Positions 18,243-27,316 of a stretch of 64,000 nt of DNA are shown piece after piece. The notes under the pieces are model-generated. The model was not told the origin of the DNA, ran no database searches, and was given only the letters and a program-made list of their open reading frames with translations. The stretch spans positions 88,153 through 152,152 of the forward strand of contig JBBQBA010000001.1 in assembly GCA_038317055.1 (NCBI GenBank), in the 5' to 3' direction. This DNA comes from Candidatus Saccharimonadales bacterium (GTDB taxonomy: Bacteria; Patescibacteriota; Saccharimonadia; Saccharimonadales; DATKHC01). A program made the translations under genes and the position numbers. The first letter of the stretch is position 1; each line of letters starts with the position of its first letter.

Positions 18243-19523
18243 CTAAACCTCTACGCTGCCGTGATTACCGATTTTAACTTTTGCACCAGGTTTAACTTTA
18301 AGCCTATTTAATTCATGAATAATACCCATCTTCTTCATAATATCCAGTAGACGCTGAATAGAATGTTCATTTTCGAAATCTGTTCGTGATGCAAATTTTT
18401 CTATTTTATGACCAGAAACTAGATAGCCACCAGAGCTTTTGGTTACTCTCCAACTATCATTTGCATCCTTTAGTCTAATAACAGGTAATCCATCGCCAGC
18501 TTTCTTGGCTAATTTCTTAAGTTGTTTGGCTCGTTCTTTAACAACTATTTTGTGTAATTCTTGTAAAAATTCTTTGGTATTTTGTTTAGAACTAGCTGAT
18601 ATTGAAACGATCTTAATGTTTTTTGGCACTATTTTTCTTAATTCTTCAATTTTCTCTTTTATTTTAGATTTGTCATATCCATCAATTTTATTGAGCACTA
18701 CTATTTCTGGGCGCTTTGTTAAATCAATCTGGTATGCTGATAATTCTTTTTCAATTATTTCATAAGTATTTGAAACATCTTCATTGTATATATCAATCAT
18801 ATGAACTAGTACTAATGTTCGTTCTACGTGACGAAGAAAATCTATACCAAGCCCTTTACCTGTACTTGCACCTTCGATTAATCCAGGGATATCTGCCATA
18901 AGTAGACTATCGTTATCGTTTATATCAACTACTCCCAAATTAGGTATAAGTGTGGTAAATGGATAGTTTGCAATTTCAGGTCTAGCATTACTTAAGCTTC
19001 CAAGAAGTGTAGATTTTCCAGCATTTGGCATACCTATTAGTCCTACATCAGCTATCATTTTCAATTCTAAATATATTTTTATTTCCTCTGTCTTTTCACC
19101 TTTTTCAGCGAACTTTGGAGCTTGTCTGGTTGAAGAAACAAAATGAGCATTACCAAAACCTCCGCGGCCGCCATTACTTATAATTACCTTTTGGCTATTA
19201 CCGGTAAGATCTACTAATACTTTATTTTTCTCGTCAAGCAGTAATGTTCCTACAGGAACTTTTATTATTAAGTCTTTTCCTGACCTTCCGTGTTTACGTC
19301 TTTTATCGCCGGGATTACCCGGTTCTGCTTCTAAGCTTCTGTTATGACGAAATGCAACTAAGGTATTTTCATTCCAGCTAGCTTCAAAAATTACATTTCC
19401 ACCATTACCACCATCACCACCATCAGGACCACCTCGGTCCACATATTTCTCGTGCCGAAAACTAAGGTGGCCATCGCCACCATTTCCAGCTTTAATAATA
19501 ATCTGAGCTTTATCTACAAACAT
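18243..19523 (-). CDS. obg: GTPase Obg/CgtA
   Basis: MFVDKAQIIIKAGNGGDGHLSFRHEKY..., a Gly-rich Obg fold, G1 GMPNAGKST, G3 DIPGLIEGA, G4 NKID, and a C-terminal OCT-like domain. Confidence 0.95.
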   Translation of the reverse strand: MFVDKAQIIIKAGNGGDGHLSFRHEKYVDRGGPDGGDGGNGGNVIFEASWNENTLVAFRHNRSLEAEPGNPGDKRRKHGRSGKDLIIKVPVGTLLLDEKNKVLVDLTGNSQKVIISNGGRGGFGNAHFVSSTRQAPKFAEKGEKTEEIKIYLELKMIADVGLIGMPNAGKSTLLGSLSNARPEIANYPFTTLIPNLGVVDINDNDSLLMADIPGLIEGASTGKGLGIDFLRHVERTLVLVHMIDIYNEDVSNTYEIIEKELSAYQIDLTKRPEIVVLNKIDGYDKSKIKEKIEELRKIVPKNIKIVSISASSKQNTKEFLQELHKIVVKERAKQLKKLAKKAGDGLPVIRLKDANDSWRVTKSSGGYLVSGHKIEKFASRTDFENEHSIQRLLDIMKKMGIIHELNRLKVKPGAKVKIGNHGSVEV

Positions 19524-19554
19524 AACTTATAACTATACTATAAAATGTGTCTTA

Positions 19555-20565
19555 CTAGTGAGTAATGTAGTTAGGGAATGTTGAGGCTGAGACCCAGCCA
19601 CCACCGACTCTACCGAATCCACCACCATCGCCATAGTTGTTCATGTCTTTAATATATACAGAAGATCCATCAGGTGAAACACCGGATACGATCGCAACAT
19701 GTCCCTGTCCACCTGCTGCATATGGTGTCTGTGCTATAGATCCAATTGCTGGTAATGGTGACACAGTCCAACCAGATAAAGATGCATAAGTTGACCATGA
19801 ACTTGCATTTCCCCAGTTACTTGGAACGGCAATCTGACTTGCAACATACCATGTACAATAACCGTAATCATAACCGTTTGCTCCATAGGTTGGAGAATAG
19901 CCGTATGCATAATTAGCACTTCTGCTACCACTATTTCCAGACAATGTGGCTATAGCAGCATTACTTCCATTTGGTATAACTATCCGCTCGCCAGTCTGAA
20001 GACCAGATATCTCAGCATCGTTAAATGAGGTTATATCTATTGAATTAGAGTTATATTTCTGAGCTAAGGATGCAACTGTATCGCCTGATTTAACAGTATA
20101 TATAATTCCATTTACAGGAGGTATGTATAGGGTTTGACCAGGAGATAAAGAATTACCCACAAGCGCATTTGACCATAGGATACTGTTAGATGTAACACCA
20201 TATTTAACAGCTAATGAAGAAACTGTATCACCTGGTTGAGTCACGTATTTTACGATATCTTCGCGTGACTTTGCAACCGTACCGGTTGCAATTACAGTGG
20301 GTTTATTAATAACCTGGTTGTCCGAAGGTACAACGTTAATACTTGCAGTCTCTGAGTCAGCTAAGTTTGTTACCGATGTAGTTTCGTATATTCCCGTCAT
20401 TTTTGCTACTTGAACAGCAATTTGAGCTGAGCTAAGTTGATCGAGCGGATTTGCCTGCAGGGTGCTATTTGTTGAGCCACCATTATTAGCCACAACCGCT
20501 TGGTTACTTACCTGGGCAGAACTACTATTATGAACAGTGAAAGCTATAACGCTAAAAAGCACCAA
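19555..20565 (-). CDS. Secreted peptidoglycan hydrolase: two LysM domains plus a C-terminal CHAP domain (true start probably upstream)
   Basis: LysM repeats (YVTQPGDTVSSLAVKYGV..., YTVKSGDTVASLAQKYN...). CHAP Cys context (YGYCTWYVA) and His (GHVAIV). The reading frame stays open to 20703 and encodes a basic stretch plus TM helix. Confidence 0.8.
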   Translation of the reverse strand: MVLFSVIAFTVHNSSSAQVSNQAVVANNGGSTNSTLQANPLDQLSSAQIAVQVAKMTGIYETTSVTNLADSETASINVVPSDNQVINKPTVIATGTVAKSREDIVKYVTQPGDTVSSLAVKYGVTSNSILWSNALVGNSLSPGQTLYIPPVNGIIYTVKSGDTVASLAQKYNSNSIDITSFNDAEISGLQTGERIVIPNGSNAAIATLSGNSGSRSANYAYGYSPTYGANGYDYGYCTWYVASQIAVPSNWGNASSWSTYASLSGWTVSPLPAIGSIAQTPYAAGGQGHVAIVSGVSPDGSSVYIKDMNNYGDGGGFGRVGGGWVSASTFPNYITH

Positions 20566-20844
20566 TAAATTGGCAGCTAGAATAGAATTCCTAACAGCCT
20601 TTTTCTTTAGCTTTCTAGATGCACGGGTGAATAGTCGTTTACGTGTAGCCGTAGTCTCTAAGCGAAGCTTTTGAGTAACTACAGAAGTGGTTGCACGAAT
20701 ACTTTACTCCAGTGTTTAGATTAATATTCAAAACGCAAAAATAGCTTATATTTAAGCTATTAGTAATTTAAAAAATTACTCGTACTAGTATAGCATTATT
20801 GACACTTAAAAACAAGCGTTTTAGCACAATCCCACCCCTGTTAA

Positions 20845-21921
20845 CTATTCAGAACTACACAGTTTTTGGCAATATTGTTGAGTTTGAGCGTTATGTTGAG
20901 CTAAAGTAGTCGAATAATAGGTAATTCCGTTATCTCCAGTTACAAAATAAAGGTAGTTAGTATTAGCTGGATGTGCGACTGCAACCAGTGAACTTTGGGT
21001 AACATTACTGATAGGACCTGCCGGCAAACCTGGATTAATTCTCGTGTTATATGGAGAATCATAACTTAGGGATGGTGATTGACCAGCTTCTATAGAACCA
21101 TAAAATGCTGTTACATCTGAACCCAAATTCATCCCATTGTGTAGCCTACTTATAAATACCTGGGCAACTTTAGCACGATCAAGAGTATTACTAACTTCCT
21201 GTTCAACCATAGAAGCAAGCGTGACACCCTGATAAATAGTCAGTCCCTGTTTATTCATACCATTTACAATGTCTAGATTTAGTTTATTTTGCATTTCTGT
21301 TAGCGAGTCAGTAATTATCGAAGAAACTTTTGTTGTTGAATCTTTCGCAAAAGAATCGGGATATAGAAATCCTTCTAAAGTGGCTGTTGCTGGCAAATTT
21401 GCTAACATTGGGTAGCTAGTTGTGTACTGCCCAGGCGCAAGAGCCGCAATAACGTCAGCTTTAGAAAATCCATCATTTATAAGTGCAGCTTCAATTTGAT
21501 CAATTCGTTGTCCGGGTAATATTACAACCAGGTTACCAGATGCTTTACCTTGGGATAATTGAGTTACAATATCTTTAATACTTTGATTCGGATGTAATAT
21601 GTAGGTACCAGCTTCTAGACTAGTACGAGCATAGTTGTCATTTCTTACATACCACTCAAACGCCCATGCCGCTCTAATAACGCCAGCTTGTTTTAAGGTT
21701 CCAGCAATTTTTGGTAGCGATGAACCGCTTGGAATTGTGACCAATATTGCTTGATTAGAACCATTCACAGGTCCAAGATACTTCTCGTAAACCCTTCTAA
21801 TATAAAAACTAGATAATACTAGACCAACTACGATAATACATAGAACCACAAAGAATATTCTTAATCTTTTTTTTCTAGGAGAATGATGTTTATAGTGTTT
21901 TTTAGTTTTTTTAGTCATCAA
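20845..21921 (-). CDS. mltG: Endolytic murein transglycosylase MltG (YceG-like)
   Basis: 358 aa. N-terminal TM helix, a YceG domain, and terminal motifs (SPYNTRINPGLPAGPISN...YLYFV). Confidence 0.85.
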   Translation of the reverse strand: MMTKKTKKHYKHHSPRKKRLRIFFVVLCIIVVGLVLSSFYIRRVYEKYLGPVNGSNQAILVTIPSGSSLPKIAGTLKQAGVIRAAWAFEWYVRNDNYARTSLEAGTYILHPNQSIKDIVTQLSQGKASGNLVVILPGQRIDQIEAALINDGFSKADVIAALAPGQYTTSYPMLANLPATATLEGFLYPDSFAKDSTTKVSSIITDSLTEMQNKLNLDIVNGMNKQGLTIYQGVTLASMVEQEVSNTLDRAKVAQVFISRLHNGMNLGSDVTAFYGSIEAGQSPSLSYDSPYNTRINPGLPAGPISNVTQSSLVAVAHPANTNYLYFVTGDNGITYYSTTLAQHNAQTQQYCQKLCSSE

Positions 21922-22336
21922 TTACCTCAGGGTGGTTAGTCATAAAATCATCTAAAATATAACATGCCGCTAAACTGTCAATGTCTTCTTTATTATAATC
22001 TTTCTTGCTTTCTTCTAATGTTTCTTTTGCTCTAACTGAAGACAAAGCTTCATCTTCAAAATACATCGGAATATTAATCAAATCTTGGACACCATCTGAA
22101 AACTTTCTAACATATTGCGTTTGATCCGTTTCTTTTCCGTCAAGATTTCTAGGTAAACCAATTACTAAAATACCTATCGATTCTTCTTTTATTATTCTTT
22201 GAATATCGTCTAGGGTTTGATCTGAATGTATAAGGGTCTTAAAAGGACTAGAGAGTCTAGCAATAGAATTAGCTAGAGCTACACCCACCCTGCGTTCACC
22301 AACGTCCAGTGCAAGCATATTAAGGTTGGCTGCCAT
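21911..22336 (-). CDS. ruvX: Holliday junction resolvase-like / pre-16S rRNA nuclease RuvX (YqgF)
   Basis: 141 aa. LALDVGERRVGVALAN..., GLPRNLDG and DERLSS-like (DEALSS) motifs. Confidence 0.85.
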   Translation of the reverse strand: MAANLNMLALDVGERRVGVALANSIARLSSPFKTLIHSDQTLDDIQRIIKEESIGILVIGLPRNLDGKETDQTQYVRKFSDGVQDLINIPMYFEDEALSSVRAKETLEESKKDYNKEDIDSLAACYILDDFMTNHPEVIDD

Positions 22337-24074
22337 TTGCTTTTTCTATTACTACAGTTATTTTCTTAACATTCTTTGGAGTTTGAGTAACCCAAAAGGG
22401 GCTATATTTAATAGTTACATTTGTAACACCGGGTATTTGTGAAATCGTGCTTTTAATATCACCGCTTTTTTGGCCTGCAGATTGGGTTGTAATAGTCGCG
22501 GCATCTAATTTCGGGCCAACTGTAGCTGATGCTTGCATTGTTACTTGTGCAGATGCAGGTGTCGTTGATACTACTGTGAAGTTTGCGGTTGAAACACCAG
22601 TACCTAGAATAGATTGACTAGATGGATCTATTTGCTTATTCACGTTGTTTTTTACAAGTGTATTTAAATCACTCTGTTTTGCACCGTACATTGAATAAGT
22701 TACTGATTGAGTTACAGTAATTGAGTTAGCTTGAGCACCTAGTGGTGCACTTGGGGTGTTTATAGGAGCACCAGCAACATAGGTTTGAACTAAAGGCATA
22801 TATCCGGCAGAACTTAAACTAGATTCTAATTGCTGTTTTATTTGACCTGCATTAGGTGCAGCTATTTGACCTTGGGCAGAGGATATATCTGCAGCAGCAA
22901 CAACTTGTACGTTATTGCTAGATCCACCAGCCATTGCTGTTCCACTCATCTTGAAACCATTAATATCTCCATCAGAACTTGTGTAACTAGCAGAATCTGA
23001 GTTGTATGTATTTCCAACAGCAGCAGCAGCAACTGGTATACTTACAGTTTTGGTATTTAAACAATTATTTTTGAAAACTACACATCCAGGAAGAGTTTCG
23101 ACACTTGTACTACTATAGCTTTGGCCATTGCCGCTATTTACAAAGACTGTTCCTGAGGGAATATTCGTATCCGATGAACTTCCACCGTTAGTAACTGTTA
23201 CTGAGCCAGTAGCTGCAGTGCCGATTGTCTTTGTACCAGTTGTGTTTACCGAAGTTGATGTAGCAGTTTTTACTGAAGTCTGAAACTTAGCTGGCACAAC
23301 CATTTTAACCGGATCAAGATTTCCGTCTGCTTGCGAAAGCGTTAAGGATAAGTTGCTATTTACTGCCGATGTATTTGTTTGGACAATAATTTTAGCTTTT
23401 GGAAGAACTCTAAACCCTATTATATAAAACAGAATTAATAGAACAAAGATTCCAGCACCAATTAATAAGTTTCTTCGAAATTTATTAAAATCTGGCACTT
23501 TAGTTGGCTTACCGTTAAGGCCTTTAGCCTTTTTATCCTTCTTTGATTTTTTATCTTTTGAAGGTTTCGCATCTTTATCAATTTCACTAAGTCCCATTGG
23601 GTCGGCCGGTGTGTCATTATCTATTTGAATTGTATCTTCTGGCTCATTTCTTTTAGAAGCCACCGCACCAACAGCTGCCAAACCAGCTAATTCACCAATT
23701 GGCTTTTTCGAATCGAGTGGTATCTCGTCTTCTTCGTCATCAGTTCCATCTTCAAGATTTACTGGACCTTCATCTAAATCATCAATATTTGGATTAGGCG
23801 GAATTTCTGGTTTTGCTTGAAGACTTTTAGCAACATGCATACCAACAGCACCAGCTAGTGGCAGTAGTCCAGCTTCTGAAGTAACAAGAATTACACTTTT
23901 CTTTGCTTGTACAGATTTCTTCTTTAACAATTTCATGTTTACGACACTTTGAAAAACAGTTGCTCGCTTAGGCAAAACTAACGCAACAACTTTAGATTTG
24001 GAAGTGTTTACCTTGTCGATGACATTTGTAATTTCATCTTCAACATCAACGTAAATTACATCTTTATTGTTCAT
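22320..24074 (-). CDS. Hypothetical bitopic membrane protein (cytoplasmic N-domain, acidic/Lys-rich linker, TM, large S/T-rich extracytoplasmic domain)
   Basis: 584 aa with a TM helix at LLIGAGIFVLLILFYIIGF. The start overlaps the ftsA-like stop by 4 nt. No family recognised. Confidence 0.5.
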   Translation of the reverse strand: MNNKDVIYVDVEDEITNVIDKVNTSKSKVVALVLPKRATVFQSVVNMKLLKKKSVQAKKSVILVTSEAGLLPLAGAVGMHVAKSLQAKPEIPPNPNIDDLDEGPVNLEDGTDDEEDEIPLDSKKPIGELAGLAAVGAVASKRNEPEDTIQIDNDTPADPMGLSEIDKDAKPSKDKKSKKDKKAKGLNGKPTKVPDFNKFRRNLLIGAGIFVLLILFYIIGFRVLPKAKIIVQTNTSAVNSNLSLTLSQADGNLDPVKMVVPAKFQTSVKTATSTSVNTTGTKTIGTAATGSVTVTNGGSSSDTNIPSGTVFVNSGNGQSYSSTSVETLPGCVVFKNNCLNTKTVSIPVAAAAVGNTYNSDSASYTSSDGDINGFKMSGTAMAGGSSNNVQVVAAADISSAQGQIAAPNAGQIKQQLESSLSSAGYMPLVQTYVAGAPINTPSAPLGAQANSITVTQSVTYSMYGAKQSDLNTLVKNNVNKQIDPSSQSILGTGVSTANFTVVSTTPASAQVTMQASATVGPKLDAATITTQSAGQKSGDIKSTISQIPGVTNVTIKYSPFWVTQTPKNVKKITVVIEKANGSQP

Positions 24075-25366
24075 TTACGTAACATCCTATCTAATCTTTG
24101 CCTAACGGAACCTGCGTCTTTGCTGTTTTGTTGGAACATTGTATCAACTCCAACTCGTAATAAACCCATTGCTGTAATGTAGGTATGATCATTAACGGCG
24201 CCAGTTGCATCTGTTATTCCAATTACTTGATCGGGGTGAATATGTTGAACTTTGGGTTTTTTAGTAAATGGTAGTTCTTTATACCACTCGCTTCCTTCTA
24301 GTCTGTCCATGACTATGTCAAGACTTGAACCACCACCACAAAGAAGAAGCAAATTAGGTAGATGATCCAGTTTGTTAAACTCAGCTAGAGCAAGTTCAAC
24401 ACCACTTTCCCAAACATCGGTAGTTTTTAACAAAGAGCTTTCAACACTTTTTTCATACTTACTTGGTACAGTACCAACCGATAGTCCTAATTTTAATTTT
24501 TCAGCTTCTTCAAAATTAACATCAACTTCTCTTTCAATTCCTTTTGTAAAAGCTCTTCCACCAATTCCAAACATTTTCGTACCCTGAACACCACCCTCAT
24601 TTATTACAGCTATATCCGTAGTTCCACCACCAATATCCATTAAAATAGCGCTAATATTTGCATTTGGGTCATCACCAATTACTGATCTTGCGACTGCAAA
24701 TGGTTCAGCGGCAACAGCAAGTAAATCAAGATCTAATTCTTGAGCTGTTCGCTCTAATGCACCAATATGAATTAGTGGAGCAAATGCAGTGTAGAGTTGA
24801 ACTAATACTTCTTTACCCTGAAAACCAACTGGGTTTGTGACGTAATAACCATCAATATCAATACTCACTAATGCGCTGTTTACTAGTCTAATTTCTACCG
24901 ATTTACCACCTAGTTCCCAGGCTAATTGTTGTTTTGCTTTTTGTTCTGCTCTTTCTTGAACTAATGTAACAATTTGTTCAATCTCCGTAATATCAAGCGG
25001 TTTGTTTGGATTTTTACGAGTACATCTAACTGTTGTAGTTGTACCTTTAACGAGCTCACCGGCAATACCCAAAACAGCTGTTCTGGCACTTACACCAGCT
25101 TGTTGTTCAGCTTGATTTAGAGCATCGTCACAGTTTGATACAACTGAAGCAATATCCGAAATTGCTCCTGCTTGCATGTCTTGAAGTGACTGATGTGATC
25201 TACCGACACCAATAATTTGGACTTTGTTATCCGGATCAACTTTTGCTACCAGGGCCTTAACAAACTCAGTACCAATGTCTAGAGCAACAATGTACTGTTC
25301 GTCTTTTTTCCCTCCAGGTTTTTTAGAAGAAATTGTGTTAGATATATGTTTAAATTTCCCAAGCAT
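24071..25366 (-). CDS. ftsA: Actin-like ATPase, FtsA-like cell division protein
   Basis: 431 aa. Phosphate-1 (VALDIGTEFVKALV), phosphate-2/adenosine motifs (MDIGGGTTDIAV, LCGGGS). Length is typical of FtsA. Confidence 0.7.
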   Translation of the reverse strand: MLGKFKHISNTISSKKPGGKKDEQYIVALDIGTEFVKALVAKVDPDNKVQIIGVGRSHQSLQDMQAGAISDIASVVSNCDDALNQAEQQAGVSARTAVLGIAGELVKGTTTTVRCTRKNPNKPLDITEIEQIVTLVQERAEQKAKQQLAWELGGKSVEIRLVNSALVSIDIDGYYVTNPVGFQGKEVLVQLYTAFAPLIHIGALERTAQELDLDLLAVAAEPFAVARSVIGDDPNANISAILMDIGGGTTDIAVINEGGVQGTKMFGIGGRAFTKGIEREVDVNFEEAEKLKLGLSVGTVPSKYEKSVESSLLKTTDVWESGVELALAEFNKLDHLPNLLLLCGGGSSLDIVMDRLEGSEWYKELPFTKKPKVQHIHPDQVIGITDATGAVNDHTYITAMGLLRVGVDTMFQQNSKDAGSVRQRLDRMLRK

Positions 25367-25406
25367 AATCGTGTTTCAGTATATCATAAAAACAGATATA
25401 GAAGTC

Positions 25407-27302
25407 TTATTTTAGCACGGCTTTTATGCGTCGTATACCAGCACTTGATGACTCTTCTTTGATTATCTTAAACTTCTTGCCATCCTCTGAAAGTTGAGCA
25501 GTGTGCTCTACATGTGGCCCACCACAAATTTCTAAACTAAATGGTTTATCCTGGCCATCTGCTTGCATTCTATAAATTTTAACTTCGTCACCATATCTAT
25601 CACCAAATGCACCAAGTACGTGAAGATCTTCAATCGCCTCTTTTGTAGGATGTTCTTCCCAAGTAACAACTAAGTCATTGTCTATTTGCTTGTTAACAAT
25701 GTCTTCAACCTGCTCTATCTGTTCTGGTGTAAGTTTCACTGGCTGGCTAAAATCAAATCTTAGTCGTTCTTCTGTGATATTACTGCCATGTTGAATGACA
25801 TGATCACCAAGTACATCCCTCAGAGCTTGATACATTAAGTGAGTTGCGGTGTGATATTTCTTGTGTTGCTCAGTTTGACCGCCAAGACCACCCTTAAATT
25901 CACCTTTAGTTGCTGTGCGTGAGCGAGCTCGTTGTTCCTGCATTAAAGTCTCAAAGTCTTTATCAGCATCTTTAGTGATTTCAATATTTTGTTTGAAAGC
26001 TTCTTCTTTAGATAACTCAACTGGGAAACCATAGGTGTCGTACAACATAAACATATGACTACCAGCCATAGCCTTATCTTCTGCGGTTAACATTTTATTG
26101 AATTCATTTAGACCTTTTCTTAGAGTCTGACGAAATACTTTTTCTTCCTTAACTAAAATCTCAATAACTTTATCTCTATTTTCTGCCACTTCCGGAAGAT
26201 CATCTTGATAAATATCTGCTATAACCGGAACAACTTGTTCGAGGAAATTTTGTTCAATACCAAGCTCAAATGCAAATCTTATTGCACGACGTAGAAGTCG
26301 GCGCATAACATAGCCTTGTTCCTTATTGCTTGGGATAATTCCGTCAACTGCTAGGAATGTAGCTCCACGTAAATGATCAGCAATAACTCGCATACTAGTA
26401 GTGTTACTATCGTATTTTTTACCAGATATTTTCTCGAGTTTTTGAATAATCGGCCAAATTATGTCTATTCTAAAAATATCAGGTTCGCCGATAGACGCTG
26501 CCGCAATTCGCTCTAAACCCGATCCATGATCAATATTTGGTTTTTCAAGTTTCTCAAAACCAGTCTCAGTTTTTCGATAACCCATAAATACATTATTTCC
26601 AATTTCGAAAAATCTCGGTGAATCATTGGCTGGATGCGCTTTACCCCACTTTGTTTCGTCATGATATTCTTCTCCAAAGTCATAAAACATTTCCGAGTCA
26701 GGTCCACATGGATCATTAATAATTGTGTTTTCCTCGTCTCCATTTCGGCTCCACCAATTTTCTTTACCGTCATATAAAAAGATTCGGCCATCGCCCATTC
26801 CAATTTTGTCAGCGTTCGCAGCAGAACCTAGTTCTACTACCTTCGCATCAATTCCGCGTTTTTTAAATTCATCCTGCCATAGAGTTATTGCTTCATCATC
26901 TCTAGGTATCCCATATTTTTCATTTCCTATATAACAAGATACGTAGATCTTTTGCGGATCTAGTCCGACAACATCAAACATAAATTCTGATATCCATTGA
27001 ATTTGTTCAGTTTTAAAGTAATCACCCAAACTCCAGTTACCAAGCATTTCAAACATAGTTGTATGTTTATCGTCGCCAATATCTTCAATGTCTTGGGCTC
27101 TAAAACAAACTTGGCTGTCTACTAGTTTTGATCCTTTGGGGTGTTTTTCACCTAATAAATAGTTAATCATTGGCTGCATGCCACTACCTGTAAATAATGT
27201 TGTAGGATCGTTTTGTGGTAATAACGAAGCTCGTGGAATAACCGCATGTTCACGATCTTTGAAATAATCTAAATAGGCTCGACGAATTTCTTGAGTAGTC
27301 AT
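25407..27302 (-). CDS. alaS: Alanine--tRNA ligase, compact form (catalytic, tRNA-recognition and editing domains; no C-Ala domain)
   Basis: 631 aa. N-terminal class II core (FTGSGMQP..., DIEDIGDDKHTTMFEMLGNWSLGDYFK). Editing-site motifs HTATHLMYQALR and CGGPHV. Confidence 0.9.
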   Translation of the reverse strand: MTTQEIRRAYLDYFKDREHAVIPRASLLPQNDPTTLFTGSGMQPMINYLLGEKHPKGSKLVDSQVCFRAQDIEDIGDDKHTTMFEMLGNWSLGDYFKTEQIQWISEFMFDVVGLDPQKIYVSCYIGNEKYGIPRDDEAITLWQDEFKKRGIDAKVVELGSAANADKIGMGDGRIFLYDGKENWWSRNGDEENTIINDPCGPDSEMFYDFGEEYHDETKWGKAHPANDSPRFFEIGNNVFMGYRKTETGFEKLEKPNIDHGSGLERIAAASIGEPDIFRIDIIWPIIQKLEKISGKKYDSNTTSMRVIADHLRGATFLAVDGIIPSNKEQGYVMRRLLRRAIRFAFELGIEQNFLEQVVPVIADIYQDDLPEVAENRDKVIEILVKEEKVFRQTLRKGLNEFNKMLTAEDKAMAGSHMFMLYDTYGFPVELSKEEAFKQNIEITKDADKDFETLMQEQRARSRTATKGEFKGGLGGQTEQHKKYHTATHLMYQALRDVLGDHVIQHGSNITEERLRFDFSQPVKLTPEQIEQVEDIVNKQIDNDLVVTWEEHPTKEAIEDLHVLGAFGDRYGDEVKIYRMQADGQDKPFSLEICGGPHVEHTAQLSEDGKKFKIIKEESSSAGIRRIKAVLK

Positions 27303-27316
27303 TTAGATAAATTGTA

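Noticed and set aside
20566-20844. Possible riboswitch (for example the cyclic-di-AMP/ydaO class, which often precedes cell-wall hydrolase genes) upstream of the LysM-CHAP gene
   Set aside because: Only short AT-rich hairpins and a GGGGTGGGA stretch are visible. I cannot recognise the conserved ydaO core, and a plausible promoter (TTGTTT-17-TATACT on the minus strand) lies downstream of the G-rich stretch. Not supportable without an Rfam scan.
24071-25366. Alternative identity of the actin-like ATPase as PilM or MreB
   Set aside because: At 431 aa, with an inserted subdomain between the phosphate motifs, it fits FtsA better than PilM (~350 aa) or MreB (~340 aa). No pilNOPQ-like genes follow. 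The call is kept as FtsA-like with moderate confidence.
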